Part shown: one piece after another, positions 41,020 to 49,435 of the stretch
Position numbering within the stretch: the first letter of the stretch is position 1
Layout: every line of letters starts with the position of its first letter
DNA from: Eubacteriales bacterium
Lineage (GTDB): Bacteria; Bacillota; Clostridia; Oscillospirales; CAG-382
Direction of reading: 5' to 3'
Assembly: GCA_045636665.1 (NCBI GenBank)
Contig: JAZTXY010000014.1
Span: 1 to 59,978, forward strand
Length of the DNA stretch: 59,978 nucleotides
The notes under the pieces: model-generated
The model's input: the letters and a program-made list of their open reading frames with translations, nothing else
What the model was told of the DNA's origin: nothing
Database searches by the model: none
Program-made: the position numbers and the translations under genes

Positions 41020-42462
41020 ATGTATGACGTAACTATCATCGGCGGCGGCGTTTGCGGTGCTGCCGTAGCGATGTATCTTTCTAAATATGACCTTAAGTGC
41101 TGTCTTCTCGAAAAGGAGAACGATATTGCAATGAGCACAACCCGTGCAAACAGCGGTATCGTGCACGCGGGCTATGACCCCGAACCCGACACACTTATGG
41201 CGCGTCTTAACGTACGCGGCTGTGAGCTTATCGAGGAAATTTGCGAAAAGCTCAACATCCCTTACAAAAAATGCGGCTCGATGGTTATTTCCTTCGACTC
41301 CAAGGATGAAGCGCATCTTCAAAAGCTTTACGAGCGCGGCATCGCAAACGGTGTCCGCGGTATGGAGCTTATTAACAAGGAAGCACTTCTTGAACGCGAG
41401 CCCAACCTTTCAAACGACGTTACCGGCGCGTTGTACGCATCCTCGGCGGCTATCGTCAACCCTTGGCGTCTTTGCTTGGGTATGGCTGAAACCGCGGCTA
41501 AAAACGGCGTTGAATTTTATCTTGACAGCGAGGTTACCGCAATCGAAAAGGTCAACGGCGCATTCAAGGTGACCGCAGGAGACAAGGTTTACGAAACCCG
41601 ATTCATCATCAACGCCGCAGGACTTTTTGCCGACAGAATCGCTGCCTTGGCGGGTGCTCAGGATTTTGAAATTTTCGCGTCCAAGGGACAGTATTTCCTT
41701 CTTGACAAAACCTCTTACGGACTTGTAAACACAGTCGTTTTCCAATGCCCCACCGAAAAGGGCAAGGGCGTGCTTATTTCCCCCTCCGCAGACGGAAATA
41801 TCATTGTCGGCCCCAATGCCGAATCGAATAACGAGCGTGATGACGTTTCCACCACCCGTGAGGGCTTGGGTTTCGTTGCGCAGGAAGCGGCAAAAACAAG
41901 CAAGCTTGTTGACTACCGTGAAAATATCCGTTCCTTCTCGGGCTTGCGCGCAAACTCCGATAAAAACGACTTTATCATCGGCGAATCGGCACTTTGCCGT
42001 CACTTTATAAACGTTGCGGGTATTAAATCCCCCGGTCTTTCGTCTTCGCCCGCTATCGGTGAATACGTTATCGAAATTCTTGAGGATTGCGGACTTATTA
42101 TGACCGAAAAGGCAGAATGGTCCTATCCCGATGCTCATATCTGCTTTGCAGAGCTCAGTAACGAGGAAAAGGCGGAAATCTGCAAGCGCAACCCCAAATA
42201 CGGCAACATTATCTGCCGTTGCAACGTGGTTACCGAGGGTGAAATCCTCGATGCGCTCGATACCTCTTACATCAAGCCCCGCACACTCGACGGCATCAAG
42301 CGCCGTACGGGCACTGGCATGGGCAGATGTCAAGGCGGATTTTGCGGTGTCAGAGTTCACGAAATACTTTGCAAATATTACGGTCTTGATGCCAAGGAGG
42401 TCCTTTGGGACAGAAACGGCTCTAATATAGTAGCAGGAAAGGTCGGTGAAAATAATGACTAA
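41020..42462 (+). CDS. FAD-dependent oxidoreductase, GlpA-like glycerol-3-phosphate dehydrogenase family with BFD-like [2Fe-2S] C-terminal domain
   Basis: YDVTIIGGGVCGAAVA dinucleotide fold and C-terminal Cys motif CRCNVVTEGE..GTGMGRCQGGFC. Confidence 0.88.
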   Translation: MYDVTIIGGGVCGAAVAMYLSKYDLKCCLLEKENDIAMSTTRANSGIVHAGYDPEPDTLMARLNVRGCELIEEICEKLNIPYKKCGSMVISFDSKDEAHLQKLYERGIANGVRGMELINKEALLEREPNLSNDVTGALYASSAAIVNPWRLCLGMAETAAKNGVEFYLDSEVTAIEKVNGAFKVTAGDKVYETRFIINAAGLFADRIAALAGAQDFEIFASKGQYFLLDKTSYGLVNTVVFQCPTEKGKGVLISPSADGNIIVGPNAESNNERDDVSTTREGLGFVAQEAAKTSKLVDYRENIRSFSGLRANSDKNDFIIGESALCRHFINVAGIKSPGLSSSPAIGEYVIEILEDCGLIMTEKAEWSYPDAHICFAELSNEEKAEICKRNPKYGNIICRCNVVTEGEILDALDTSYIKPRTLDGIKRRTGTGMGRCQGGFCGVRVHEILCKYYGLDAKEVLWDRNGSNIVAGKVGENND

Positions 42463-43723
42463 GCACGATATAGTTATTATCGGCGCAGGCCCTGCAGGTC
42501 TTGCTGCCGCAGTTGCCGCTTATGAAGCGGGCGTTACCGATATTTTGTTGCTCGAGCGTGACTGTGAAGCAGGCGGTATTCTTAACCAATGTATCCACAA
42601 CGGCTTTGGCCTTCACCGCTTCGGCGAGGAGCTTAGCGGCCCCGAATATGCAGGCAAATATATCGATATGCTCAAGAACACAAGTGTCAAGCTTCAGCTC
42701 GGCACGACCGTTCTTAACATCGAAAACAAAATCGTTTCGGCGGTTTCGGAAGCAAACGGCTTTGAACAGTTCGAGGCAAAGGCAATAATCCTTGCAATGG
42801 GCTGCAGAGAGCGTAACCGCGGTCCTATCTCGGTTCCCGGCGACAGAGGCAAGGGCGTGTTCACCGCAGGCGCGGCACAGCGCTACCTCAATATCGAGGG
42901 TTACCTTGTCGGCAAGAAGATTGTTATTCTCGGCAGTGGCGATATCGGACTTATTATGGCAAGAAGAATGACGCTTGAAGGCGCAAAGGTTCTTGCGGTT
43001 TCCGAAATTATGCCCTTCACCAACGGTCTTTCGAGAAACGTCGCGCAATGTCTTGAGGATTTCGACATTCCGCTTTATCTCTCGCACACCGTAACCAAGG
43101 TTATCGGCAAAAACTCGCTTGAGGGCATTGAAATCTCCCAAGTTGATGAAAATATGAAGCCCATCCCCGGCACCGAAAAATATTTCGAATGCGATACTCT
43201 CCTCCTGTCTGTTGGTCTTGTTCCCGAAAACGAGCTTACCCGTCAGGCAGGCATCGAGCTTGACGCGCGTACAAGAGGCGCTTCGGTAGGCGAGGATATG
43301 CAAACCTCCGAGGAAGGCGTTTTCGCTTGCGGTAACGTGCTTCACGTACACGACCTTGTCGACTACGTTTCGGCAGAAAGCGAACGCGCGGGCAAGAGCG
43401 CGGCTAAATACGTGCTCGGCACCGCAGTGACCGAAAGCGACGCGCTTAACGTAAACGTCGGACTTAACGTCGGATATACCGTACCTCAAAGAATCAACCG
43501 CGAAAACGTCGAAAAGGGCGTTGACATCTTCTTCCGCGTACGCAAGAAGATTCGTGTCGGAGAAATCCGTGTTGAATCCAACGGCGAAAAGATCGCATCC
43601 TTCAAGCGCGAATTTTTGGCGCCTGCCGAAATGGAAAAGATCACGGTTCCCAAGGTTCTGCTTGACAAGGCAAACGGCAGTATTACGGTATCTGCGATCG
43701 AAATTGAGGAGGAAGCGAAATGA
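42455..43723 (+). CDS. NAD(P)/FAD-dependent pyridine nucleotide-disulfide-type oxidoreductase
   Basis: Two Rossmann motifs, IVIIGAGPAGLAAA and IVILGSGDIGL. ATG overlaps the upstream stop region by 8 nt. Confidence 0.88.
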   Translation: MTKHDIVIIGAGPAGLAAAVAAYEAGVTDILLLERDCEAGGILNQCIHNGFGLHRFGEELSGPEYAGKYIDMLKNTSVKLQLGTTVLNIENKIVSAVSEANGFEQFEAKAIILAMGCRERNRGPISVPGDRGKGVFTAGAAQRYLNIEGYLVGKKIVILGSGDIGLIMARRMTLEGAKVLAVSEIMPFTNGLSRNVAQCLEDFDIPLYLSHTVTKVIGKNSLEGIEISQVDENMKPIPGTEKYFECDTLLLSVGLVPENELTRQAGIELDARTRGASVGEDMQTSEEGVFACGNVLHVHDLVDYVSAESERAGKSAAKYVLGTAVTESDALNVNVGLNVGYTVPQRINRENVEKGVDIFFRVRKKIRVGEIRVESNGEKIASFKREFLAPAEMEKITVPKVLLDKANGSITVSAIEIEEEAK

Positions 43724-44061
43724 AAGAAATGATCTGCATCGTCTGTCCGCGCGGATGCCATTTGACGATAGACGAAAACACCTTGGAGGCTCAGGGTAAC
43801 ACCTGTCCCAGAGGCGAAGAATACGCAAAGAACGAAATCGTTTCCCCGATGCGCACCATTACCGGCTCGGTCGGTATTTCGGGCGGTATTCACTCCCGTT
43901 TGGCGGTACGCACCAACCGCGCAGTCCCCAAAAGCAAGATGTTTGAAATTATGGCTGTGCTTCACGCTTGTAAGGTTCAATCCCCCATCAAGCGCGGCGA
44001 CGTTATTATTGAAAACGTTTGCGGTACGGGCGCGAACGTTATCGCATCGCGCGATATGTAA
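43720..44061 (+). CDS. DUF1667 domain-containing protein
   Basis: CIVCPRGC..GNTCPRGEEY Cys pairs and 113-aa size. ATGA overlap with the upstream gene. This is the usual third member of the trio. Confidence 0.85.
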   Translation: MKEMICIVCPRGCHLTIDENTLEAQGNTCPRGEEYAKNEIVSPMRTITGSVGISGGIHSRLAVRTNRAVPKSKMFEIMAVLHACKVQSPIKRGDVIIENVCGTGANVIASRDM

Positions 44062-44066
44062 ATTAT

Positions 44067-44100
44067 AAAAAGCGAGAACTTCGGTTTTCGCTTTTTTGTT
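44067..44100 (+). terminator. Rho-independent terminator
   Basis: AAAAGCGAGAAC-ttcg-GTTTTCGCTTTT followed by TTGTTTTG. Confidence 0.7.
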
Positions 44101-44113
44101 TTGTAAAATTCTG

Positions 44114-44142
44114 TTGATATGTGGCGAATTGTGTGGTATAAT
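44114..44142 (+). promoter_or_regulatory. Extended -10 promoter TTGATA-17-TGgTATAAT of the cotH operon
   Basis: Hexamers at 44114-44119 and 44137-44142. Confidence 0.5.
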
Positions 44143-44231
44143 TTATTCTGTATAATAATATGTAGTATTTTGGAATAATATTTTGTGACAAAATGCGTAT
44201 GTATACGTCTTTTGTAACGGGGTGTATAGAA

Positions 44232-47200
44232 ATGTCAAACAGAACAATTTCGACAAGAACGAAAAAAGAAATAATGATTGCAATATTGCTCACCGCGTGC
44301 TTATTGCTTGGCTTCGTCGTGATGCTCGTCGTCGAGGATAACGTCGGCACGCCGATTTTTTATGACGGCGAAATGAAAAACATAAACGTTGTTATTAACG
44401 AAATATGCTCGACAAACAAATCGATAATCGCAACCGATAACGGCGAATATCCCGATTATATCGAGCTTTACAATAAAGGCGAAACCTTTAATCTTGCCGA
44501 TTTCGGCTTGGCAAACGATACGCAAAACAGCAAGGCTTACAGCTTTGGGGATTACATTTTTGAATCGGGCAGTTATCTTATCGTTTATCTTGACGGTTCA
44601 AACGTGCCCTTCCGCCTTAATTCAAACGGCGGTGAATACGTTGCGCTCGTTTCGTGGGACGGTACGGTTATCGACAGCACGACAACGGTCAAAACACCGG
44701 GCGACAACGTAATGCTTCGTACCAACGAGGGCTTTGAGGTTTCCGACCTTGCATCGCCCGGTTATCCCAACACCGAGGAGGGTGTCCGTTTGTTCCGCGC
44801 AGGCGTTATGGACGGAAGTATGTCCTTGGCGATAAACGAAATCTTTACCGCAAACGATTCGGTATTGCCCGATTTCGAGGGTGATTATTGCGATATTATC
44901 GAAATCAAAAACATTTCCTCGGCAATCGTTTCCACAAAGGGATATTATATTTCCGACACGCAAACCGACAGAATGCGTTGTGCATTGCCCGAAAAGGAGC
45001 TTGCCCCCGGCGAAATAATGCTCGTTTTTGCATCGGGCAAGGAAAAAATTACCGAAAGCGGCGAATTTCACGCCGATTTCAAGATTTCCGTCGATGAAGA
45101 AATTTTCATTTCACACGGCTCGAAATATACAAAGCAGCCTGCAACGAAATGCGAAAGCAATAAATCGATTTCTCGCGTTAACGGCGAAAACGGAATCGAA
45201 TATACCGAAATGTACGCAACACCCGGATATGAAAACAACGAAAACGGACGTGAAGCGCTTGATAATTCGCGCATCAATTCCGAATATCCGTTGGTAATCA
45301 GCGAGCTTTTGCTCTCGCAGGACGGCGTACCTTACGGCGGAAAGCTTCGTGACGTTATCGAAATTTGCAATATTTCCTCGCAAACGGTTTCGACAAGCGG
45401 ATGGTTTGTGAGCGATTCGCAAGACGACCCTTATAAATACGACCTGCCCGACCGCGACCTTGCGCCGAATGAATGTATGCTTATTTACGCAGAAAACGGC
45501 AGTGGCGAAAACGTTTGCGGCTTTGCGCTTTCCTCGGGCGAGGCGGTTTATTTGACAGGCCCCGACTTTAAGCGAAGCGAATACGTTTCCTGCGCGGCGG
45601 CAGGCAGAGGATTTTCGCGCAGCTATACCGTTGAAAACGGCGAAGCGGTTTACGTTGATGCCGAAATAAGCATCGGCTTTGCAAACGGCGAAAACGGTAT
45701 TAAGGCTTATGCAACGGCGGTTCGACCTGCCGATATCGAAATCAGCGAGGTCGTATCCTCCAACACGAAATTCCTTGCAGGACCTTATAAGACCTATCAC
45801 GATTTTGTCGAGCTTTATAACCGCACCGACAAAGAAATCGACCTTACGGGCTATTACCTTTCCGACGATACCGAGCAGGTAAGAAAGGGCAGTCTTGACG
45901 GCGTAAAGATTCCTGCAAACGGTTACGTTTGCATTATCCTCTCGACCGACGGAATCAACACACCCAAGGGTCATCACGTTGTCAGCTTCGGCATCAACGC
46001 ATCGGGCGAAACGCTCGTGCTTGCAAAGGGCGATACGGTGTTGGACGTTGCGGTCATCCCCTCGCTCGGTCAAAACACTTCGTTTGGCAGAGCAAACGGC
46101 GAAGACGGATTTTCGATCCTTGCATCACCCACACCCAACGATATAAATACCTCACGCGCTACCGAAACCACCTCGACTCCCTCGTCTTCCCTTCCGCAGG
46201 GCGTTTATTCCGAAGGAATCACGGTTGAGCTTCAAGGCGACGGCGCTATTTATTACACGCTCGACTGCTCCGAGCCGACTGCCGATTCGGTCAGATACAC
46301 CTCGCCGATAAAAATCAATTCGACGACGGTTATCCGTTGCATCGCTATTGAAGACGGCAAAAAGCCGAGCAAATTCAGCAACTTTACCTTTATCGTCAAC
46401 GAAAAGGACACGCTTGAAGCGGTTTCGATAGTTACCACACCGGAAAATCTTTGGGACTATTACAGCGGAATTTACGAAACAGGCCCGAAGGCAAGCTCGG
46501 TTTTCCCTTACGAGGGCGCAAACTATTACAACCGTTGGGAGCGCGAAGCGACCGTTTCCTTTTTCGATAAAAACGGAAGCGGATTTGACGAATACTGCGG
46601 CATTCGCATTTTCGGCGGTCTTTCACGCGCGTTGCCCAAAAAATCCTTTGCGCTTTTCTTCCGTCAGGCATACGGAAACGGCGAGCTTGATTATCAGCTT
46701 TTCGAGGATGAGGAGCTTTCGCAATACGAAGGCTTTGTTTTGCGAAACGGCGGTCAGGATTTTAAATACTCGACAATGAAGGACGCGATGGTCACCTCGA
46801 TGGCGCACGATCTTCTCGGCATCGACGTTCAAAACTGCCGTCCCGTTGTTTTATACCTCAACGGCGAATATTGGGGACTTTATTTCATCCGTGAAAAGCT
46901 TAACGAGCATTACGTTGCAGGTCATTACAACGTATCGGCAAGCGAAGCAACCGTTACCGTTGCAAACGGTAAAACAAGCCCCGAATATACCGAGCTTGTC
47001 AACTTTGCGCACTCTCACGACCTTAGAAATCAAGAGCATTACGACTATATGAAGTCGCAGGTGGATATCGAAAACTATATCGATTATATAGTCGCCGAAA
47101 TGATAATTTGCAACACCGACAACGGCAACATCCGATTTTTCACCTATGAGGGAGGAAAATGGCGTTGGATAATGTACGACGTCGACCAATCCTTCCGTAC

Positions 47201-47579
47201 CGCCTCGTATAACACCGTTTCGGAGCATTTGAACCCCGCAGGCACGGGCAGTGCGAATATGTTTTCGACAAGACTTATCAACGCTCTGCTTAAAAACCCC
47301 GAATTCAAAGAAAAATTCCTTCGTGAAACGGCATATCAGTTAAATAACGTATGGACCGTTGAAAACGTCAATGCCTACGTCGATACCTTCCGCGATATGA
47401 TTATCAACGATATCGGCAAGGATTGTATCCGTTGGGAAAGAAAATACGAAACCTGGGAAACCTCGGTTGACAATATGCGCTCCTTTATAGCCGCGCGTGA
47501 AAAATACGTCGTTACGCATATTCAGTCGTATTTCAATCTTTCCGATGATTATATGCTCGAACTCGGTTTTGAAATATAA
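44232..47579 (+). CDS. cotH: CotH kinase-family protein with N-terminal TM anchor, four lamin-tail-like (LTD) modules and a chitobiase/hexosaminidase-C-like module
   Basis: TM segment IMIAILLTACLLLGFVVMLVV. LTD starts VINEICS..DYIELYN, INEIFT..DIIEIKN, ISELLL..DVIEICN and ISEVVS..DFVELYN. CotH core FGGLSRALPKKSF..LRNGGQD..YLNGEYWGLYFIREK. ATG 44232 follows GGGGTG. Confidence 0.88.
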   Translation: MSNRTISTRTKKEIMIAILLTACLLLGFVVMLVVEDNVGTPIFYDGEMKNINVVINEICSTNKSIIATDNGEYPDYIELYNKGETFNLADFGLANDTQNSKAYSFGDYIFESGSYLIVYLDGSNVPFRLNSNGGEYVALVSWDGTVIDSTTTVKTPGDNVMLRTNEGFEVSDLASPGYPNTEEGVRLFRAGVMDGSMSLAINEIFTANDSVLPDFEGDYCDIIEIKNISSAIVSTKGYYISDTQTDRMRCALPEKELAPGEIMLVFASGKEKITESGEFHADFKISVDEEIFISHGSKYTKQPATKCESNKSISRVNGENGIEYTEMYATPGYENNENGREALDNSRINSEYPLVISELLLSQDGVPYGGKLRDVIEICNISSQTVSTSGWFVSDSQDDPYKYDLPDRDLAPNECMLIYAENGSGENVCGFALSSGEAVYLTGPDFKRSEYVSCAAAGRGFSRSYTVENGEAVYVDAEISIGFANGENGIKAYATAVRPADIEISEVVSSNTKFLAGPYKTYHDFVELYNRTDKEIDLTGYYLSDDTEQVRKGSLDGVKIPANGYVCIILSTDGINTPKGHHVVSFGINASGETLVLAKGDTVLDVAVIPSLGQNTSFGRANGEDGFSILASPTPNDINTSRATETTSTPSSSLPQGVYSEGITVELQGDGAIYYTLDCSEPTADSVRYTSPIKINSTTVIRCIAIEDGKKPSKFSNFTFIVNEKDTLEAVSIVTTPENLWDYYSGIYETGPKASSVFPYEGANYYNRWEREATVSFFDKNGSGFDEYCGIRIFGGLSRALPKKSFALFFRQAYGNGELDYQLFEDEELSQYEGFVLRNGGQDFKYSTMKDAMVTSMAHDLLGIDVQNCRPVVLYLNGEYWGLYFIREKLNEHYVAGHYNVSASEATVTVANGKTSPEYTELVNFAHSHDLRNQEHYDYMKSQVDIENYIDYIVAEMIICNTDNGNIRFFTYEGGKWRWIMYDVDQSFRTASYNTVSEHLNPAGTGSANMFSTRLINALLKNPEFKEKFLRETAYQLNNVWTVENVNAYVDTFRDMIINDIGKDCIRWERKYETWETSVDNMRSFIAAREKYVVTHIQSYFNLSDDYMLELGFEI

Positions 47580-47596
47580 CGGGGAGGAAGATAAGA

Positions 47597-48265
47597 ATGG
47601 CTGAACGCAGAGAAGAAAAATATCTTATCAACTACTCGGAATATTCGATTATTTCAAACCGCATAAAGGCGCTTTTACAGCCCGATAAAAACGGCAAGGA
47701 CGGAAAATATTCGATATGCTCGATGTATTTCGACGATGCCTTTGACACGGCGCTTGCCGAAAAGGAAGACGGCAATGCGGTTCACGTTAAGTTCCGTATC
47801 CGCACCTATGACGGAAACGGCGATTTTATCCGTCTTGAACGAAAGACCAAGCGCGGCATCGTTACCGAAAAGCATTCGGCAAGGATAACAAAGGAAGAGC
47901 TTGAAAAAATTCTTTCGGGCGCACCGATTGATGAAGGAAGCGATTGCTTCGGGCTTGTTGCGGAAATGCGCGCAAAGGCATTTAAGCCTGCGGTTTCGGT
48001 CAGATACGACCGCGAGGCATATTATATGCCGTCACTCGGAGTGCGAGTTACCTTTGATATCAACGTCGATTCGCTTCCGCCCGATACCGACACGCTTTTC
48101 GGAAACACAAAACGCGCCTTACCCGCAGTTGACCGCGGACAGATTATTATGGAAATTAAATATTCCGAACGCTGTCCTTCGCTTATCCGCAAGGCGTGTG
48201 CGACAAACAGCGCACAGCTTTCGGTTTCAAAATACGCACTTTGCAGAAATGCACCGATGATATAA
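47597..48265 (+). CDS. VTC-domain (polyphosphate-polymerase-like, CYTH tunnel fold) protein
   Basis: REEKYLI, SMYFDD, KFRIRTY, LERKTK and EIKY strand motifs typical of the VTC domain. Starts 17 nt after cotH. Confidence 0.85.
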   Translation: MAERREEKYLINYSEYSIISNRIKALLQPDKNGKDGKYSICSMYFDDAFDTALAEKEDGNAVHVKFRIRTYDGNGDFIRLERKTKRGIVTEKHSARITKEELEKILSGAPIDEGSDCFGLVAEMRAKAFKPAVSVRYDREAYYMPSLGVRVTFDINVDSLPPDTDTLFGNTKRALPAVDRGQIIMEIKYSERCPSLIRKACATNSAQLSVSKYALCRNAPMI

Positions 48266-48284
48266 CATTTAAAGGAGAAACAAA

Positions 48285-48950
48285 ATGAGTATTTTAGACG
48301 CAATAAAAAAGAGTGTTTTGGAGGGCTTTTCTTCCGAAATAACCATTGCCGACATTATTATTTCGCTTATCGTAGCGTTTCTTTCCGGCCTTTTCATTCT
48401 GCTTATCTACCGCCTCACCCTTCGCGGCGTTTCGAGAAACAGAACGTTTGAGGTTACCCTTCTTCTCGTTACCCCCATTTCGGCAATGATAGTTCTTACC
48501 ATTACCTCAAACCTCGCGCTCTCGCTCGGTATGGTCGGTGCTCTTTCGATAATCCGCTTCCGTACCGCAATCAAGGATGCAAGCGACACAGCATTTATGT
48601 TCTGGTCGGTTGCGGCAGGTATCACCGCAGGCGCGCATTTCTACAAGATTACGATAATCGGCTGTCTTTTCATCGGTCTTGCGGCTTTCGCAGTAATCAA
48701 GCTCACCTCGACCGGCTCGCGACCCTATCTTCTCGTTGTACGCGCAAACAGCGACAAGGCGATCGATTACACAGCGCGTCTTCTTAACGAGAACAACATA
48801 AAGAACCGTCTTTCGTCGCTTGTTGACAACGGCGATTACAGCGAGGTCATTTATGAAATCGCACTTCGCGGCAACCACCAAAAGCTTACGGGTGCGCTCA
48901 AAAACCTACCCGACGTTATAAGCGTTTCGCTTGTTGACTGCAGAAATTAA
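48285..48950 (+). CDS. DUF4956 domain-containing membrane protein
   Basis: Four TM helices and the motif GALSIIRFRTAIKDASDTAFMFW. Starts 19 nt after the VTC gene. Confidence 0.85.
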   Translation: MSILDAIKKSVLEGFSSEITIADIIISLIVAFLSGLFILLIYRLTLRGVSRNRTFEVTLLLVTPISAMIVLTITSNLALSLGMVGALSIIRFRTAIKDASDTAFMFWSVAAGITAGAHFYKITIIGCLFIGLAAFAVIKLTSTGSRPYLLVVRANSDKAIDYTARLLNENNIKNRLSSLVDNGDYSEVIYEIALRGNHQKLTGALKNLPDVISVSLVDCRN

Positions 48951-48964
48951 GAAAGAAATTAAGA

Positions 48965-48988
48965 AAGAGGAGCCGTTTGGCTCCTCTT
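48965..48988. terminator. Bidirectional terminator
   Basis: AAGAGGAGCC-gttt-GGCTCCTCTT, a perfect 10-bp stem between convergent genes. Confidence 0.7.
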
Positions 48989-48993
48989 TATCA

Positions 48994-49194
48994 TTATTTT
49001 TCATCTGTCAGTCCGACAAGATAATCGATGCTGGTTTTATAAAGCTTGGCGAGCTTTATCATAACGTCCAAAGGAACAGCTCGCTCTCCGCGCTCATATT
49101 TCGAATACAAAGATTGATCGCACATAAGATATTTTGCAACAAAGCTTTGCGTATAATCATTGTCCTCTCGCATATCGCGTATACGTAATTTCAT
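48994..49194 (-). CDS. XRE-family helix-turn-helix transcriptional regulator (66 aa)
   Basis: MKLRIRDMREDNDYTQSFVAKYL..SKYERGER.VPLD..IKLAKLY..SIDYLVGL is a typical HTH_3 domain. ATG 49194 is 6 nt after AGGTG. Confidence 0.8.
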   Translation of the reverse strand: MKLRIRDMREDNDYTQSFVAKYLMCDQSLYSKYERGERAVPLDVMIKLAKLYKTSIDYLVGLTDEK

Positions 49195-49236
49195 CATAAT
49201 CACCTACTTCAATATACATCAAAACCTTTTTCCCTA

Positions 49237-49265
49237 TTGACAAATAGGACTATTTGTCCTATATT
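49237..49265 (+). promoter_or_regulatory. Promoter TTGACA-17-TATATT with embedded palindromic operator
   Basis: Perfect inverted repeat GACAAATAG-ga-CTATTTGTC (49239-49258) fills the spacer and overlaps the -35. A second palindrome CCTATT-gaca-AATAGG lies at 49233-49248. Confidence 0.55.
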
Positions 49266-49287
49266 AGGTCTTGGGAGGTGCATTTTA

Positions 49288-49428
49288 ATGCCCGATTATA
49301 AGAAAATGTATTTTGCGCTTTTTAATGAATTAACTGACGCTATCGAAAGACTTAAAGAGGCGCAAAAGCGTTGCGAGGAGCTTTATATTTTTTATGAAGG
49401 CGACGATGAGGACGAAAAAGCAGATTAA
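49288..49428 (+). CDS. Hypothetical 46-aa helical peptide with acidic tail
   Basis: MPDYKKMYFALFNELTDAIERLKEAQKRCEELYIFYEGDDEDEKAD. ATG is 7 nt after GGGAGGTG. The ORF-track start 49237 coincides with the -35 box. Confidence 0.5.
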   Translation: MPDYKKMYFALFNELTDAIERLKEAQKRCEELYIFYEGDDEDEKAD

Positions 49429-49435
49429 CGGCAAG

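Noticed and set aside
41410-43828. Minus-strand ORFs 41410-42360 and 42422-43828 (316 and 468 aa)
   Set aside because: They are antisense to the two flavoprotein genes, which have unambiguous Rossmann motifs. They are shadow ORFs.
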